Shown here: positions 13,951-27,334 of the stretch, piece after piece
Position numbering within the stretch: the stretch's first letter is position 1
Layout: each line of letters starts with the position of its first letter
Source: Leucoraja ocellata
Taxonomy: Eukaryota
Reading direction: 5' to 3'
NCBI GenBank assembly: GCA_036785375.1
Contig: JAWMAR010000603.1
Coordinates: forward strand, 558,001-622,000
Length of the DNA stretch: 64,000 nt
Made by a program: the position numbers and the translations under genes
The notes under the pieces: generated by a model
What the model was told of the DNA's origin: nothing
The model's input: the letters and a program-made list of their open reading frames with translations, nothing else
Database searches by the model: none

Positions 13951-14256
13951 CTTCTCCCCGTTGGATTGCAACCTTGTCGTGGTCGGGGAGCTTATGTGTC
14001 TCAGTGACCCCTAGAACTATGCCAGCAGGAGATTCGACTCCAGTTAGGGTCTCCCATGCTGGGCAGGTCGAAGGGTAGAGGTGAGACGAAGAGCGATCCA
14101 CTGGTCCTCGAGGTTGTTGGTTGCGCACAGAGTTAACAACCCTGTCTCGTAAAAACAAATATGTTCCGGAAACAGCAACTGTAGAAATCAACACTAAGTG
14201 GAGCACCTTCGTTGCTGCCCTACATGCCAGGAGGCATAATAGGCAGTAAGTAAGTA
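13951..14256 (+). mobile_element. Non-autonomous RTE-clade element (5' UTR fused to 3' tail)
   Basis: 9-bp target duplication ATAATTCCG (13942-13950, 14257-14265). RTE-type 5' motifs ACCTTGTCGTGG and TTAACAACCCTGTCTCGTAAAA. Tail GTTGCTGCCCTACATGCC...(AGTA)3. Confidence 0.8.
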
Positions 14257-14344
14257 ATAATTCCGAGTGAGTAGTTTACAACCCAACGGTATGGGTATTG
14301 AATTCTCCAATTTTAGGTAACTAACCAAACCCCACCACCTTCTC

Positions 14345-14544
14345 GTATAGGAAAGAACTGCAGATTCGAAGGGATACACAAAATGTTGGAGTAACTGGAG
14401 TAATGCTGGATGCCGGCAGCATCTCTGGAGAGAAGGAATGGATGACGTTTTGGGTCAAGACCCTTCTTTAGACCAAAACGTCATCCATTCCTTCTCTCCA
14501 TAGATGCTGCCTGTCCTTCTGCGTTACTCCAGCATTTTCATCTA
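14345..14544. mobile_element. Fold-back Penelope terminal-repeat insert
   Basis: Inverted arms meeting near 14470; duplication CCCACCACCTTCTC at 14331-14344 and 14545-14558. Confidence 0.8.
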
Positions 14545-17500
14545 CCCACCACCTTCTCCCGGTATTTGTCCCCTCCCACCAAATTCCTTCCTCTGGCTTC
14601 ATGTTTTCATCTCTGGCCTTTGTCCACCCACTTGCTAAACAACTCCCACCCCCCTTCACCTGTATTCACCTATCAACCTTTCACTTGCCAGGCCATGTCC
14701 TTGCCCCACCTCTCTACCAGCTTCCTTACCCCAACCACAATCAGTCCGAAGAAGGGTCCCAACCCAAAACATCATCTACCAATACTATCTAGAGATGCTG
14801 TCTGGCCCACTGAGTTACTCCAGCACTTTGTCTTTTTTTCCCCCGAGGTTAAAACTTTTGTTTCCAGATAAAAAATAAATGGCTTTGAGGGCCAAAGTTC
14901 TTGCCACTAAAGTATCAAAACTTAAGAGCTTTAGTTATGTACCCACAATCTTACTGAGCACACTGGAAAGGATATCACTGCAAACCTCAAATATTCCATA
15001 CCTGTAGCTATCTTCAAGCAACAAGACAAATAACACAATTACTGTTGGATTACAAACATCTGCCTTTTGTCACTGTGCATATGAACAAGCTCCCTGAGAA
15101 TCAGAGTTAAACAGCAATAAAACAGACCCTTCGGCTCAATTCTTCCATGGTGCCCACCTGAACGCATTTGCCTCTAAATCTTCAAAAGTTCAAAGTACAT
15201 ATATTTATTCTTACAGATGGCAAAACCAGTTTCCCGTCTCTAAACTTTTAGGAATTGTTCTGAACAAACTTATGCTTCTGGTGTCTTTCATTACAATGTT
15301 GTGGAGGTATGGTACTGTAGAGTGATTATGTATTTTCCAATTTTCAGACAAAAGTTGATTCATGGACATTTAAAAACAAAACCTATTCAGTACTTGGTGA
15401 AGGTCTATACCCAGTTATTTTTGTGATATTAGTGATTTATATATTAAAACTACACAATTGTGAACAAATTACTTGACTTCTTTACCCCAAAGCACTGCAG
15501 GAGCATTCTCACCATGCTGACTGCAACAGTTCAACATGATGGCTCATCTTGTCTTATCTTAAACTAGCTTCGACCATTGCTAAATCCTATCAATGAGTTT
15601 AAAACAACGTTCAGCTTTGGCAATGTAGTGTGCTAAATCATCACTTGGTTCAGCGAGTTAAATAAACATATTTATTTTCAACAACTGTCGGTTTGAATTA
15701 ATAGCTTTACACCACAAACATCAAATTCATCATCTTTAAAGCAGGAAATGTTCCGGTGTTTATTAATAAACAATGCTGATCTCATTTGCATGCAGTGCAC
15801 ATCAGGCAAAGTGATGTGTTGATTTACACCATGCTGTATTTTCTCTGCATTGCCTTCTACTTGTTTTTGGCAGAATCCAGAGATATTCAGCTAATCATCA
15901 TTTAATATAATCTTAAAGTGAATAAAGACCAAGTCTAGCCTTCACTTCAAGATTTTTTTTTCTCATAATACATTTCGTGAATCACAAAACATCACAATAA
16001 CCCTAAGCCGGAAGCAATTGCTAATCCTACAAAAATACTGCACTGATTTGCATGCACTCAATTTGCATTCTAATGTACTAGGCTATATTACAGGTCCATG
16101 AGAGAAATTGCATATTTTGTCAATGCACAATACCCGAATCAGATACACGCAATCACAGAACTGCCAGAGTCTATATTTAATACCCACTCCCCAAGAGCAT
16201 ATTTTTATTTACACAATTTTATGGAAGATGCTTCTTGACTTAAAAGTGGTTGATGTCATAACTATCATTCAAAATCAAAATAGTTTTGATACATCGTTTA
16301 CATTATGCATCCTCGCACAAGGCTCAAATTCACATGCCCCCCCCCCCCAAATTAAATCTCAGTATTATTTAAGGAAGTTATTTAATTTGAAATTCAGACT
16401 ATAGCACAATTTCATTTACCGAGTCCTGAATAATCAATCAAAAAATCGACAAGCAAAGACCGATGAGGATACCATACATGACATGCAGCTGAAGCAAACA
16501 CTAGCAACATACAGGGAAGAAAAACAAGTGCAATGAAAAAGGGAACAGAGAAATACAATTTATAGATTTAATGGAGGAAAAATTGGACAAGGCTCAAGCA
16601 GACCATCATTAGTGCCAAATGGTCTGCTTCTATTGCTCAAAACATTGACATCTTAAAACTATTTGAGAAACAGCCCCTTATTATCGCATTTAACAAAACA
16701 CAACTACTTGGAACATATTGGTAACACCTTGGCACAGCTGAATTTAGGCTCAGTTTTCAATAAAGCAAGAGGAAACCAAGGGACAAAAGAGCAAATTGCC
16801 CAAATGCCTGTTAGTGGAACCGCCAATACTGCCAACAATTACAAGTTTTTCTTTGCAGAGGATAGGAAATTGCCTTGGGCACTTGCATAAGCCCAACTCC
16901 CGAAGTATTTTCATCCATCCAGCAAAACCTCTGCTGAAATGTCAAACTCTTCAATGCACTCTGGATGCCAGCAGAATATTCTGCCCCTTGCTTGTCTGCA
17001 CGAACAGCCTACTCGATTGTTAATCTAGGCAGTGGAGCGCACAGCAGGCATACCTATTCTGCAGGAAACTCACCATGCCCAAAAACAATTCATAATACTT
17101 GACAGTGCTTGCTTGGGGTGGCGTCCAGAATTCCCAAGATAAGATTTGGTTCCATCCTTGAGCATGGCAGAGTGAGCCATCAAGGAAATAAGAGCATGAC
17201 TGGATAAAACTAATTGGGCTACAAGTTCACCAGCCAGATTCTTCAATATGGACTACCATTGTGAAGGTTCAACTCTAATCTCCACTAGCACCCAATCTTT
17301 TAGTTCAAGCCTCTATCTTAGCAACATGACTGGGAAAGGTTTTAGATTTTGGATGAGCACATAGCCTGCCAAAAAAATTAATGTGCAGGTTGGGCAGGAG
17401 AAGAGTTAAAGAAGAACAGGTTGACTATCTACACTGAACATATACGAGAGGGGGGACATAATTATACTATTCAACACAGGATACTCCAAAGTAAAATAAT

Positions 17501-17756
17501 CTTAAATGCTTTTTTTTTTTTAAATTAGAATATTTAAAAATTACAGAGGATGAAAAACTGTGGTATGTTCAAGGAAAAGAATAAAAATCCCTTCCTGGTG
17601 AATAAAATCTAGCATTATCTGGTATAAAAATGAATCAACTATAAAATTGCAAACTCGCATGCAACTTTCCATTTCATTTGTTAATGCTACAGTCATTTTC
17701 CACTATAAAATCCTGAAAAATTGTGAGTATAACACAATAACAATTGTAGTTTTATA

Positions 17757-18735
17757 GGTAAGAAGGAACTGCAGATGCTGGTTTAAACCGAAGATAGACC
17801 CAAAAAGCTGGAGTACCTCAGCGGGACAGGCAGCATCTCTGGAGAGAAGGAATGAGTGACGTTTCGGGTCGAGACCCTCCTTCAGACTGAAAGTCATGGG
17901 AAGGAAAATGGGAGATATAGATGATGATGTAGAGAGATGTAGAACAATGAATGAAAGATATGCAAAAAAGTAACAATGATAAAGGAAATGGGCCATTGTT
18001 AGCAGCTTGATGGGTGAAAACGAGAAGCTGGTACGGCTTGGGTGGGGGAGGAATGGAGAGAGAGGGAATGCGGGGGTTACTTGAAGTTGGAGAAATCAAT
18101 ATTCATACCACTGGGCTGTAGGCTGCCTAAGCGAAATATGAGATGCTATTCCTCCAATTTGCGTTTCGCATCACTCTGACAATAGAGCAGACCTCGGACA
18201 GAAAGATCAGTGTGGGAATGGGAAGGAGAATTAAAGTGTTTAGCAACTGGGAGATCAGGTTGGTCCAGGCAGACTGAATGAAAGTATTCAGCGAAACAAT
18301 CGCCCAGTCTACGTTTGGTCTCGCCGATGTACGAGTGCACATCTTGAACAAAGGATACAGTAGATGAAGTTGAAGGAGGTGCAAGTGAACCTCTGTCTAA
18401 CCTGAAAGGACTGTCTGGGTCCCTGGAAAGTGTTGAGGGAGGTAGTATTGGGACAGCTGTTGCATCTCCTGCAGTTGCAGGGGAAGGTACCTGGGGACGG
18501 GGTTGTTTGGGTGGGATGGGATGAATTAACCAGGGAGTTGTGGAGGGAACGGTCTCTGCGGAAGGTGGAAATTTGGTTGAGATGGGAAGATGTGACTAGT
18601 GGTGGTATCCCGTTTGAATGATTATCTGTTGTATGCGACAGCTGATGGGGTGAAACGCAAGGGCTAGAGGGACTCTGTATCTGTTGCGACTAGGGAGAAC
18701 AAGGTTGAAGCTGTGGGGTACCGAGGAGACACATG
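17757..18735 (-). mobile_element. Penelope-like element 3' part (frameshifted GIY-YIG domain plus terminal repeat)
   Basis: ORF 18146-18340 reads YIGETKRRLGDCFAEYFHSV...DLPVAKHFNSPSH. Terminal repeat at 17757-17890. Confidence 0.9.
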
Positions 18736-20646
18736 CGAGTTGCATTTAATGCCCCAATCACCACCATAGTCATTCCATTCTTCAATTTATTTGCCTTAAA
18801 ATGGGTGCATTTGGAAAATATTTCACAAGGAAATATAGCATTAAATGCCAAAAAAAGCAAATGCTCTTGTTATTCTGGCATTGAAACTCAACCACAAAAT
18901 CAGCATCCGCAGTCAACAATTTTAATAAGGATACATTCTATAAACAACTGAACACCAATAACTAAATATTCCCCCCATTGACTCCAGGAGATTACTTTGC
19001 AGGCAAGGTTGCAGAGCACCAAGACTTTCATTTGCATGAGATTAGGATTTACCACCCTGAACCATGGACTAAGGTAGAGGCAGCAACGTACTTTTAAAAC
19101 AAAACACATAGATGTGGAAAAGGTTGAACTTTTGCCAATTTGCTGAATAACCTCACACTTTAAAATTAAATCTCTCCCCCAGGGATCACCCAGAGGATCA
19201 AATGCATTATGTTGAATAATCTCATTAGCAAAAGAACCAATAGCTTAAAAGTCTTGTTAAGAAAGGCCACAAAAGATTTTGGGATTCAGTGGCAGTGGAA
19301 CACCTGTGCGTTCCAACCAAAAAAGTGAAACGTTTTAACTTAAAAACATTTAAATATAAATACATGAAAGGATTTACTGCATTTAACATATAGGGGTGAT
19401 ACGTATGCATTTGTAACAGAAGATCTTCACTGACAGAAGATTGGGATTCAAGGCAGTGGCTGGAAATTTATACTAAGTTAAATTGCAATTTTACTCAATG
19501 TTTGAAGAATGAATCTGTCCAATATCTAATGACAGTTATTTCTTGGCATTAAGTAGCATTCCAAGTCCTCAAGCTTATACAAGGATCATGGTGAATGCAA
19601 CAATTATCCCCGAGAGACTCCAACATGAAAGTTGGGACAAAAGCTTTATTTCCCCCTAGCATCAGCAGTTGTTTTAACCTGGTTGATGAATGTATCTCAG
19701 TATTGAAATCAAACTTTAAGCATGAAATATTGGTCCAAGTGTTTGTATCTTAAAAGTTAAAAAATACTAACCACAAACGAGTCTACAAAGTAATTTTAGT
19801 CAAAAAAAACTGGATGGATGAATATACACTCAAATTTTAAGTAAAGGACTTTACTCCGTGAGTAGAAAGATCGAAATGCAGACTCTTCCTTAAAATACTC
19901 TCTTCTGTGCAAACCAGAGATCACACTCAGCACTCGGCAGAATCCTGAAGTCATCCAACTCATTGATACTTCTCAAGCAGCTGGAAACTAGCTCCCATTT
20001 TTCTGCTCTTCATCACTTGGGGGTATTGAGAAATTGCAACAGCCCAAACATCAACTAATATCAATCAAATCAGACAAGAGATCAAATCAGACAAGAGATC
20101 AAATCTGATCTATTGTCTTCCCTTTCTTGCCATAAAAGGATTGTACATTTGCCCAAATGCCCACACGAGAACAATCTAGCTATGTCCATTACAACTGATG
20201 TGCAGGTCATTCAAGACAATGAAATTACACAGAAATCTATAGACAGAACCCATCCTATACAACTTGCCTTTGACAGTGTTTGTGCGTTACGTGAGCTTTC
20301 CACAAAACTTACTTCAACTAACCTTACTTAATGATCTTCATGTTCTCATTCAGCATTTTCGTGAAACCCATTTCCTCCATTTACTTCAATTATCCCATGG
20401 AGGGTCAGATTCCACAAAACAAATAAACTGAAGATACTAGTTAGAGATCCTGAAAAATGAGAATGTTACAATCTATTACTACATTACTAGCTTAGATAAT
20501 TAAATTATGAATGTAAATTACAACCCCCATCACTCTGAATTCAGGTGTGACACTGTCAATTCTAATTAAGGGCATACTGTCAAATTCAGAACCAAAAAAA
20601 ATGCACATGTTTAAAACATGAACATCCTAAAAGTTGTACAGTTAAC

Positions 20647-20891
20647 TTTTTTCACACAGAGAGTGGTGAATCTCTGGAACTCTCTGCCACAGAGGGTAGT
20701 TGAGGCCAGTTCATTGGCTATATTTAAGAGGGAGTTAGATGTGGTCCTTGTGGCTAAGGGGATATGGAGAGAAGGCAGGTACGAGATACTGAGTTGGATG
20801 ATCAGCCATGATCATATTGAATGGCGGTGCAGGCTCGAAGGGCCGAATGGCCTACTCCTGCACCTAATTTCTATGTTTCTATGTTTCTATG
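20647..20891 (+). mobile_element. 5'-truncated CR1 LINE 3' end
   Basis: FFTQRVVNLWNSLP matches 1867-2136. Canonical tail GGCTCGAAGGGCCGAATGGCCTACTCCTGCACC followed by (TTTCTATG)3. Confidence 0.93.
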
Positions 20892-22309
20892 TAACATGGC
20901 AAAACAAAATAAAACTGTTAGCTGGTTACTCTTGATGTCAAATTAGATGAGAACAGAACTGTATTCATAAAGGCAAGGAAAATAATTCTCAGACCCATGT
21001 ACCGAATAGATGCGAGCATAACTAGTAAACTGGCATATTTTTTAAGTCTTGTTTAGAAACCCACGGAGATATTTAAGACTTTGGATAATCAATTATCACA
21101 GGAAGGCAATGAGAGCTTCAACAGACCAGATTATGCTATGGCCTCAGGTTAATATTTAATTTAGCTACTTGAATTCTTCACCAAACCAAAAATAAAATCA
21201 TTTATAGCGTCAATCCTACTATATACAATTCTGCGATAACAAAATTGAAGGAGCCATTAATCTAACGAAATAGGCTGTGATCTGAATGCCACATACTAAA
21301 AGCTAATCGGAATAAATCGGACCCTTCCAATTCACAGAAGTAATCAATGTGGAATGATATATTAGAAAGATCAGGTAAAAACAGATCCTAGTATGCCAAG
21401 AACATAGAGATACGTTACAAAATTAGATGCAACTAGATTTTTTTTTTTTTTTAAAGCATATTGGCAAGTCTTCCAGGCAAGTTTCTTTCTCACCAATTTT
21501 GTCACGTTGTTTCAGCAAATTGGCATTATTGGAAACCCAGACGAAATAAGTGAAATACAGAAGTTGAATTGCACAGCTGGTCTTTTTTTTCCAGCCATTT
21601 CCTTGCATTTTGTCCAAGTTTCAAAGCTATTGAAAGATTTATGGGATTGACTTACCATTGCCTTAAGGATAAATGTATCTTCTGCTTCTTGCTATTTGGG
21701 GTGGGGGAGAAAAGGATCCATCATAGTAATCATGGTTGGAGGACCTTAAGAAGAATTACGAGAGAAAGTCTATTTCTGAATGAAATTTTAAAAGCCAGTT
21801 GACATTTATAATTTTACCCAATAGTCAAAAATAATGCTTCATTGCAGAAATATTGCATATTTATGATTGTAAGTCACTAATATTTAGAGATGCAGTTAGA
21901 GAATCAATACATTCCATTTATGTTAGTGTCAAAACATTAAAACAGAAAATAGAAAATGAATCAGAATAACTATTAAAAATGTCAAATTAATTTTGCTAAA
22001 ATTGTGTTCTCCAAGAACACTGATTTAGCTGTCTCTTGCACAAATATTGGCATATTATTTACTCAGAATTCATAAAGCTGACTTGAAAACAGCATGAAGT
22101 TACCAAATTTGCCTTTCAGACCCAAAATGTCAACTGGCAATTTTCCTTATGCTGCAGACTCAGCTTCTTTTTTCGTGTAATAAAACCGTTAAAGTAGCTT
22201 CTTTCCTTAGCACAAAGTGCAAATGCATTAGCAAAGCCAAATTTAGAACCAAGTAAATCTTATACTGCTGCAGGGGGACATTTATCCCTGTGCTCACTAA
22301 TCAAGTGAG

Positions 22310-22935
22310 GAGCAAAGACGAGGTAAATTGGGTATAACGCGGGAAAATATGAAACTGTCCATCTCGACAAGAAAAGCAGCAGCATTTTATCTCAATGGCA
22401 AGAGATTGCAGAAGATCTTTTTTTTAAGTCAACAAATTGCAAAGTGTCAGTATGAAGCCCCAGCAAGTAATTAGAAAAGCCACAATGTTCTCATGTATTC
22501 AATTCTATGAGCAATAAATAAGTAAGAGGGCTTGCCTTTCATCTTGGAAACTACGTCTGGAGTACTGTGTACATCATGGTCTCATGGAGGGAAAAACATA
22601 ATGAGCTGGAAGGACTTCAGAGCAAGCTTACCATACTAGTATCTGGAGTGGGCGAGTTGTCTAATGAGTAAAGCTTGGATAGGCTAAGTTTTCATTTCGT
22701 TTCGAAGAGCAACAGCGAATGACCAAAACAAGAAGGTCATGTAAATGTTGGGAGGATATTTCCTTCTCGGGAGAATCCAAAAATGAGGTCTTCCATTAAA
22801 AAGAGATTACATTTCTTCATAAGAGTTGAGCAAATTGCAGGGGCTAGTCTTTGAATATTGTTAAAGCGGAGATACATGCAAACAAGGGTGTGTAAGATTA
22901 CCATGAATAGACAAAAAATGTTATGACATGATCTT
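22310..22935 (+). mobile_element. Old degenerate CR1 fragment
   Basis: Patchy colinear similarity to about 1300-2050, e.g. CTGGAGTACTGTGTACA..TGGTCTC and CATGACATGATCTTATT-like end. Confidence 0.5.
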
Positions 22936-25834
22936 ATTAAAAAATACACTTTAGCTACTGAGTGTTCTGCTCAATGTATCCCTTCCCTGAAAGGTGATCT
23001 AGTTTGCACTACCAAGTAGTATTGAGAGTTGTTTAAATTTGCTATAGCTGTCGTTAATCAACAATTCCACTCATTATATACTAATCTGCAAGTAATATTT
23101 TTTTTAAATATGGGGAAACATTTGCAAGGAACAGACACACCATTTAAGGCAAACATTAAACCATATTTAAAGTTGAATGCCTATTTCCAACATTAAATTA
23201 ATCTTTTATATGCAATCAGACAAATCTTTCCACATAGAGGAACGTAAACGATTCTGCAGCTTCCCAAGGCATCACTTCCTTTCCATAGATCACAATTGCT
23301 ATGGAAACATGCTCCTCAGTGAGAATGATTGAAATGATCTATGACACACAAATGATGCCCAAACTCAAACATTTCAAAACCAGCCAGTCATTCAAAGAGG
23401 CAGCAATTGTCAATTATATCTTCCAAAGAATTAAGCAGGACACTTGTTAAAAAGGTCAGCTGGTCACCCAAAAATAAACTACTAATTAAATAACACGCAT
23501 TGGACATCTTAAAGGTGATGCAAAAGCCCAATAGGCAACTCCATGAGGTTACCAAACAAAAAAAAGCATTTAAAAGGAAAGTTCTACTAAAAGCAACTTA
23601 CAAAATACCAAATTTAAGAATATTGAACCCACTTTGAAGCAAAGCACAATATATATATGGACAGATCCCTGCATTTGTCCAATTCTGTTCTTTCTCCATT
23701 TGCAATTACCCAATTCATGGCACTTTTACAAAGTATGGTTACAGAACAAGAATATTTCTCGATTTCCAGTTGAGTGCTTGGCACGAGTCAATAAGGGACA
23801 TTACCTGTAACCAAGAGCAACCCTGAATAATTTATTCTATCAACTTGTTAACTGCTTGCTATGATAAGCTCAAAAGGGGAGGTGGCTTTCAGAAGTCTTG
23901 CACTAAATAAATACCTGCCCATTGAAACCAAGTTAATGTAATTCAGGCTTAAATGCTATGATCACTGGCTTGGGAGAAGACATTAGACTGCTTATTCTAC
24001 AGTGGATTTAAAGGCTTTTGCAGATGTAACATAGGGGAAAATCACCCCAGTGTTTCCAGGTTTTGGCCCACTTACAATTTTCTGGCAACAGGTGGTCCGG
24101 CACCTCCTTTAATCCGAACAAAATTACAAGAACATACTTTGCCCCTCCCCCCACTCCCCCAAAAAAAACAGTGCCTGGTTCGGCCGGAGCCAGTAGATCC
24201 ATTCCCATCGCCAACTTCAGAGGCCAACTTTGCAGGCCGGTATCATGGCCCCTTGGAGGACCATTCCGGGACTGTTGGACTCCTCCCAAAGACCATGATC
24301 TCTGATGGTATGATAAAACGGATAATCCAGAAAGGCTCTGGAACCAAGTTTGCTGGGGAAATTGGTGGTGGTCCTGTACCCTCATTAGGTAGTGCACGAC
24401 TAGGAAGCAGAGCTGCCCAGTAAACCATCGTTTTGTGTTTGTTTGATCTTCAAATTACTCCTTTCCAGTCAGGAAAAGGCAATGGTAGTATACTGCTTAC
24501 CAATCCTTGTATAAAGAAAACAGTTCTGCCTCTCTTGAACCTGGTTTGCTCAATTACCAATTTCTGAAAATGACATAGGCACAAAATGCTGGAGTAACTC
24601 AGCAGGTCAGACAGCATCTCTGAAGAAAAGGAATAGGTGATGTCCTGAACAAATGAAAATGTGAAAAGATGAAAATTTCACCCCAGCTGAACAGATGCAG
24701 ACTGTTCCCTTCACTATAGGAAATCATGCAACTCAGTATAAAAATGAACTGAAGATAAAGTCCAGAACTAATGGAATTCTTCTTGGATTTGTATCAAACA
24801 TCTTTCTTCTGATTGATAGATAATAAAGTATATTACCATAAACCAACTCCACTCTATCAAAATTAAAACATGCCAAGAACATGTAACTACCAGGATTTCC
24901 TTCCACTCCATTCCTAATGAAAGATTTGTTCAGGCATCAAGCCATACAGATCACAATTGGTGTGGAGATGAGGAAGCAGGAATTTAAAAATCATTTGTTA
25001 CAATCGTAGTACTTTCATTGGAAGCAACAAGGCTGCAGTCACTCCATAGTGTACAAACATCAGGCACACAGAAATGATAAATAGGGACACAATGCGCCTA
25101 TGGTATAATATGACAATAAAGTACAAAGTATCATTCTATAGGTGCCAGTTAACCGTTAAAATCAATGGACAATATTGGAAAATAATATATCCAGCAAACA
25201 AAAACTCTTTCACCCTTACTCTCAACTAAATGTGCTTTTTGTACTTCAATGTTGGAATTTTAAGCTTAGAGGAGAAAATAAAAACCACTTTGCGTGAAAG
25301 AATGCCACTATTCATTATACCATTAACTACCTCTATTGCTTCAACTACATCAAATCTATCAAAAGTAACAAATCTTCAAGGGTAAATATTAACTGTTCAA
25401 GTCAGTTATCATTGACAGAAACATTGTCAAGATCAACAATGCCGTTAAGTATGTCTTGCTACTGAAAATATTAAGCGACCTAATCCAGAATCCTGTAACC
25501 CATTGCCTATACCAAAATAAACAACATTCTGGTCAATGGCTATGAATGAAATTCTGACTTAAACTTCCATTAGGAATGCCATTGCAGATCCGCAAACATC
25601 TAAAATGCACCAAATACTTAATTCGGAATGCTCCATACATGCAGTTCAGTCTTCAGTTCCCTTTGCAAGCAATGACTGGAAATAGATTTTCTGGCTTTAG
25701 GGAATAAAGTATTTGCAAACATATGTTGCACAACCTAGTTTAAAACTAAGCACCGTATAAAATGCATTCCTGTGAGCATTTAAGATAATTAATGGCACCT
25801 CAAGATTTACGGTACTACAAATATCTAGAATCCA

Positions 25835-26750
25835 TATTATTGTCACAAGTACCGAGATAAAACAAAGTTTTGCATTGTATGTGCTATCCAGGCGGATCAA
25901 ACACAAGTGTGATCATACCACACACAGTACAACAGCTAATACTAAAAGAGAAATATAATGATCAAGCCACAAAGAAAGTGCAGATAATAAATGCAAGGGC
26001 CACAATGAGGTTGATTAGGGATTCATCCTTAGCATGAGCGGTCTGTTCAAAATTCTGACAATAGCATGAGCAGAAGCTGTTCTTGGATCTGGTACGTTGC
26101 TTTCAGTCTTTTGCACCGCCTGCCTAACATAAGGGGGAGGGAGGAGTGACAAGGGTGTAAGTGTTCCTTGATTACGTTGGTTGCTTTCCAGAGGCAACTT
26201 GACGTGTAGATGGAGTCAATGGGGATGGGGAAAGGGCTATTTGAAGCAGAATTTGGCCACACATTTGTGAATGCACATGGAATACAGTGAAGGGCTGAGG
26301 ACCTAGCTTGCGGGGCACAGGTGTTGAGAATTATCGTAGAGGATGCTTTGCAGCGCAACCTTAAGGTCCTGTCCCACTTTCACGACCTAATTCACAACTT
26401 TTTTTACTCGTGGACATTTTTCATCACGCTAGAAAAACACCCCAATCTGCTTGATGCCACGAGTACCTACGACTAGCATCACGGCCTGCTACGACCTACC
26501 TACGACCTCCTATGACCTTGTGACGACCATGCTGCGAGTATGAGTCATGGGCAAACTTGGCAGAGGTCGTGAATTAGGTCGTGAAAGTGGGACAGGCCCT
26601 TTACTGATTGTGGCCTACAGGTGAGAAAGTCAAGCATTCAGTTACAGAAGCAGATGCTGAGGCCTAGGTCCAGGAATTTAGTTCAAATTTTGGTGAAGGC
26701 AGAGCTATAATCAATAAATAGGGTGTCTGATGACGATGTTCTTGTTATCC
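25835..26750 (-). mobile_element. Old Rex1/Babar-like LINE 3' fragment, interrupted by a MITE
   Basis: Shares GAAGCTGTTC.TG.ATCTGGT with 45403-45423, and has the TTATTGTCACA tail at its left end. Confidence 0.55.
26364..26600. mobile_element. PIF/Harbinger-type MITE
   Basis: About 35-bp terminal inverted repeats AGG(T/G)CCTGTCCCACTTTCACGACCTAATTCAC. TTA on both flanks (26361-26363, 26601-26603). Internal ACGACCT repeats. Confidence 0.9.
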
Positions 26751-27334
26751 CTGGATTATTTTGCCAGTCAATTCCAAACTGTGCACTCTGGACATCCACT
26801 TACTCATGCCACAAGATGTAGTATGTTTTGATTTGGTGCACTATAATTTCAAGCATCTTCAGCGATCTTCCCTCAGCTTACTCACCCAAAAAACACACAA
26901 GCTTCTCATCACCGCAAACGATGAATTAAAAAGAATTAAAATGTTACACAAAAATTTCAAAGTTCAAAGCTAAAGATGCTTAGCAAGGTATACTGTTAAC
27001 TGCGGTCATCACAAGTGATTTCTGTAATTTCATTTTACATTGAATCGGCAAAATATCTTTCACTTTTAAATTGCAAACTGTGAACAATGATCATGCAATA
27101 TTTTGCTACCATATAGACTAAATTTGATCTTGTTAAGATTTTTAATAAACTATTTTACTCTCACAAATGTTGTTAAATACTTATGGAATTAGACGCAACT
27201 GTGCACCAGTAAATATGCAAAATGCAAATATATCAGCCAAAAAAAGCTGTGACCGAAAACCTGCCCTCAAACCTTTTCTATTCCGTTATTCACTCTTTCA
27301 AGCCTCCTGATTTGTGTACAATTGAAAACTGTTA

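Larger units (their letters stand above)
13697..14835 (+). mobile_element. Decayed Penelope-like element (GIY-YIG 3' part plus terminal repeat) with two nested insertions
   Basis: Colinear with 47759-48350: CTCATCTACTGCATCCGCTGCTCTAG, DLPIASHFSS, ATTGAATTCTCCAATTTT, and the terminal repeat at about 14743-14835. Interrupted at 13951-14256 and 14345-14544. Confidence 0.85.

Noticed and set aside
23997-24420. GC-richer block with ORFs, possibly a Tc1/mariner-type MITE
   Set aside because: It looks repeat-like, but I could not define matching termini or a target duplication.
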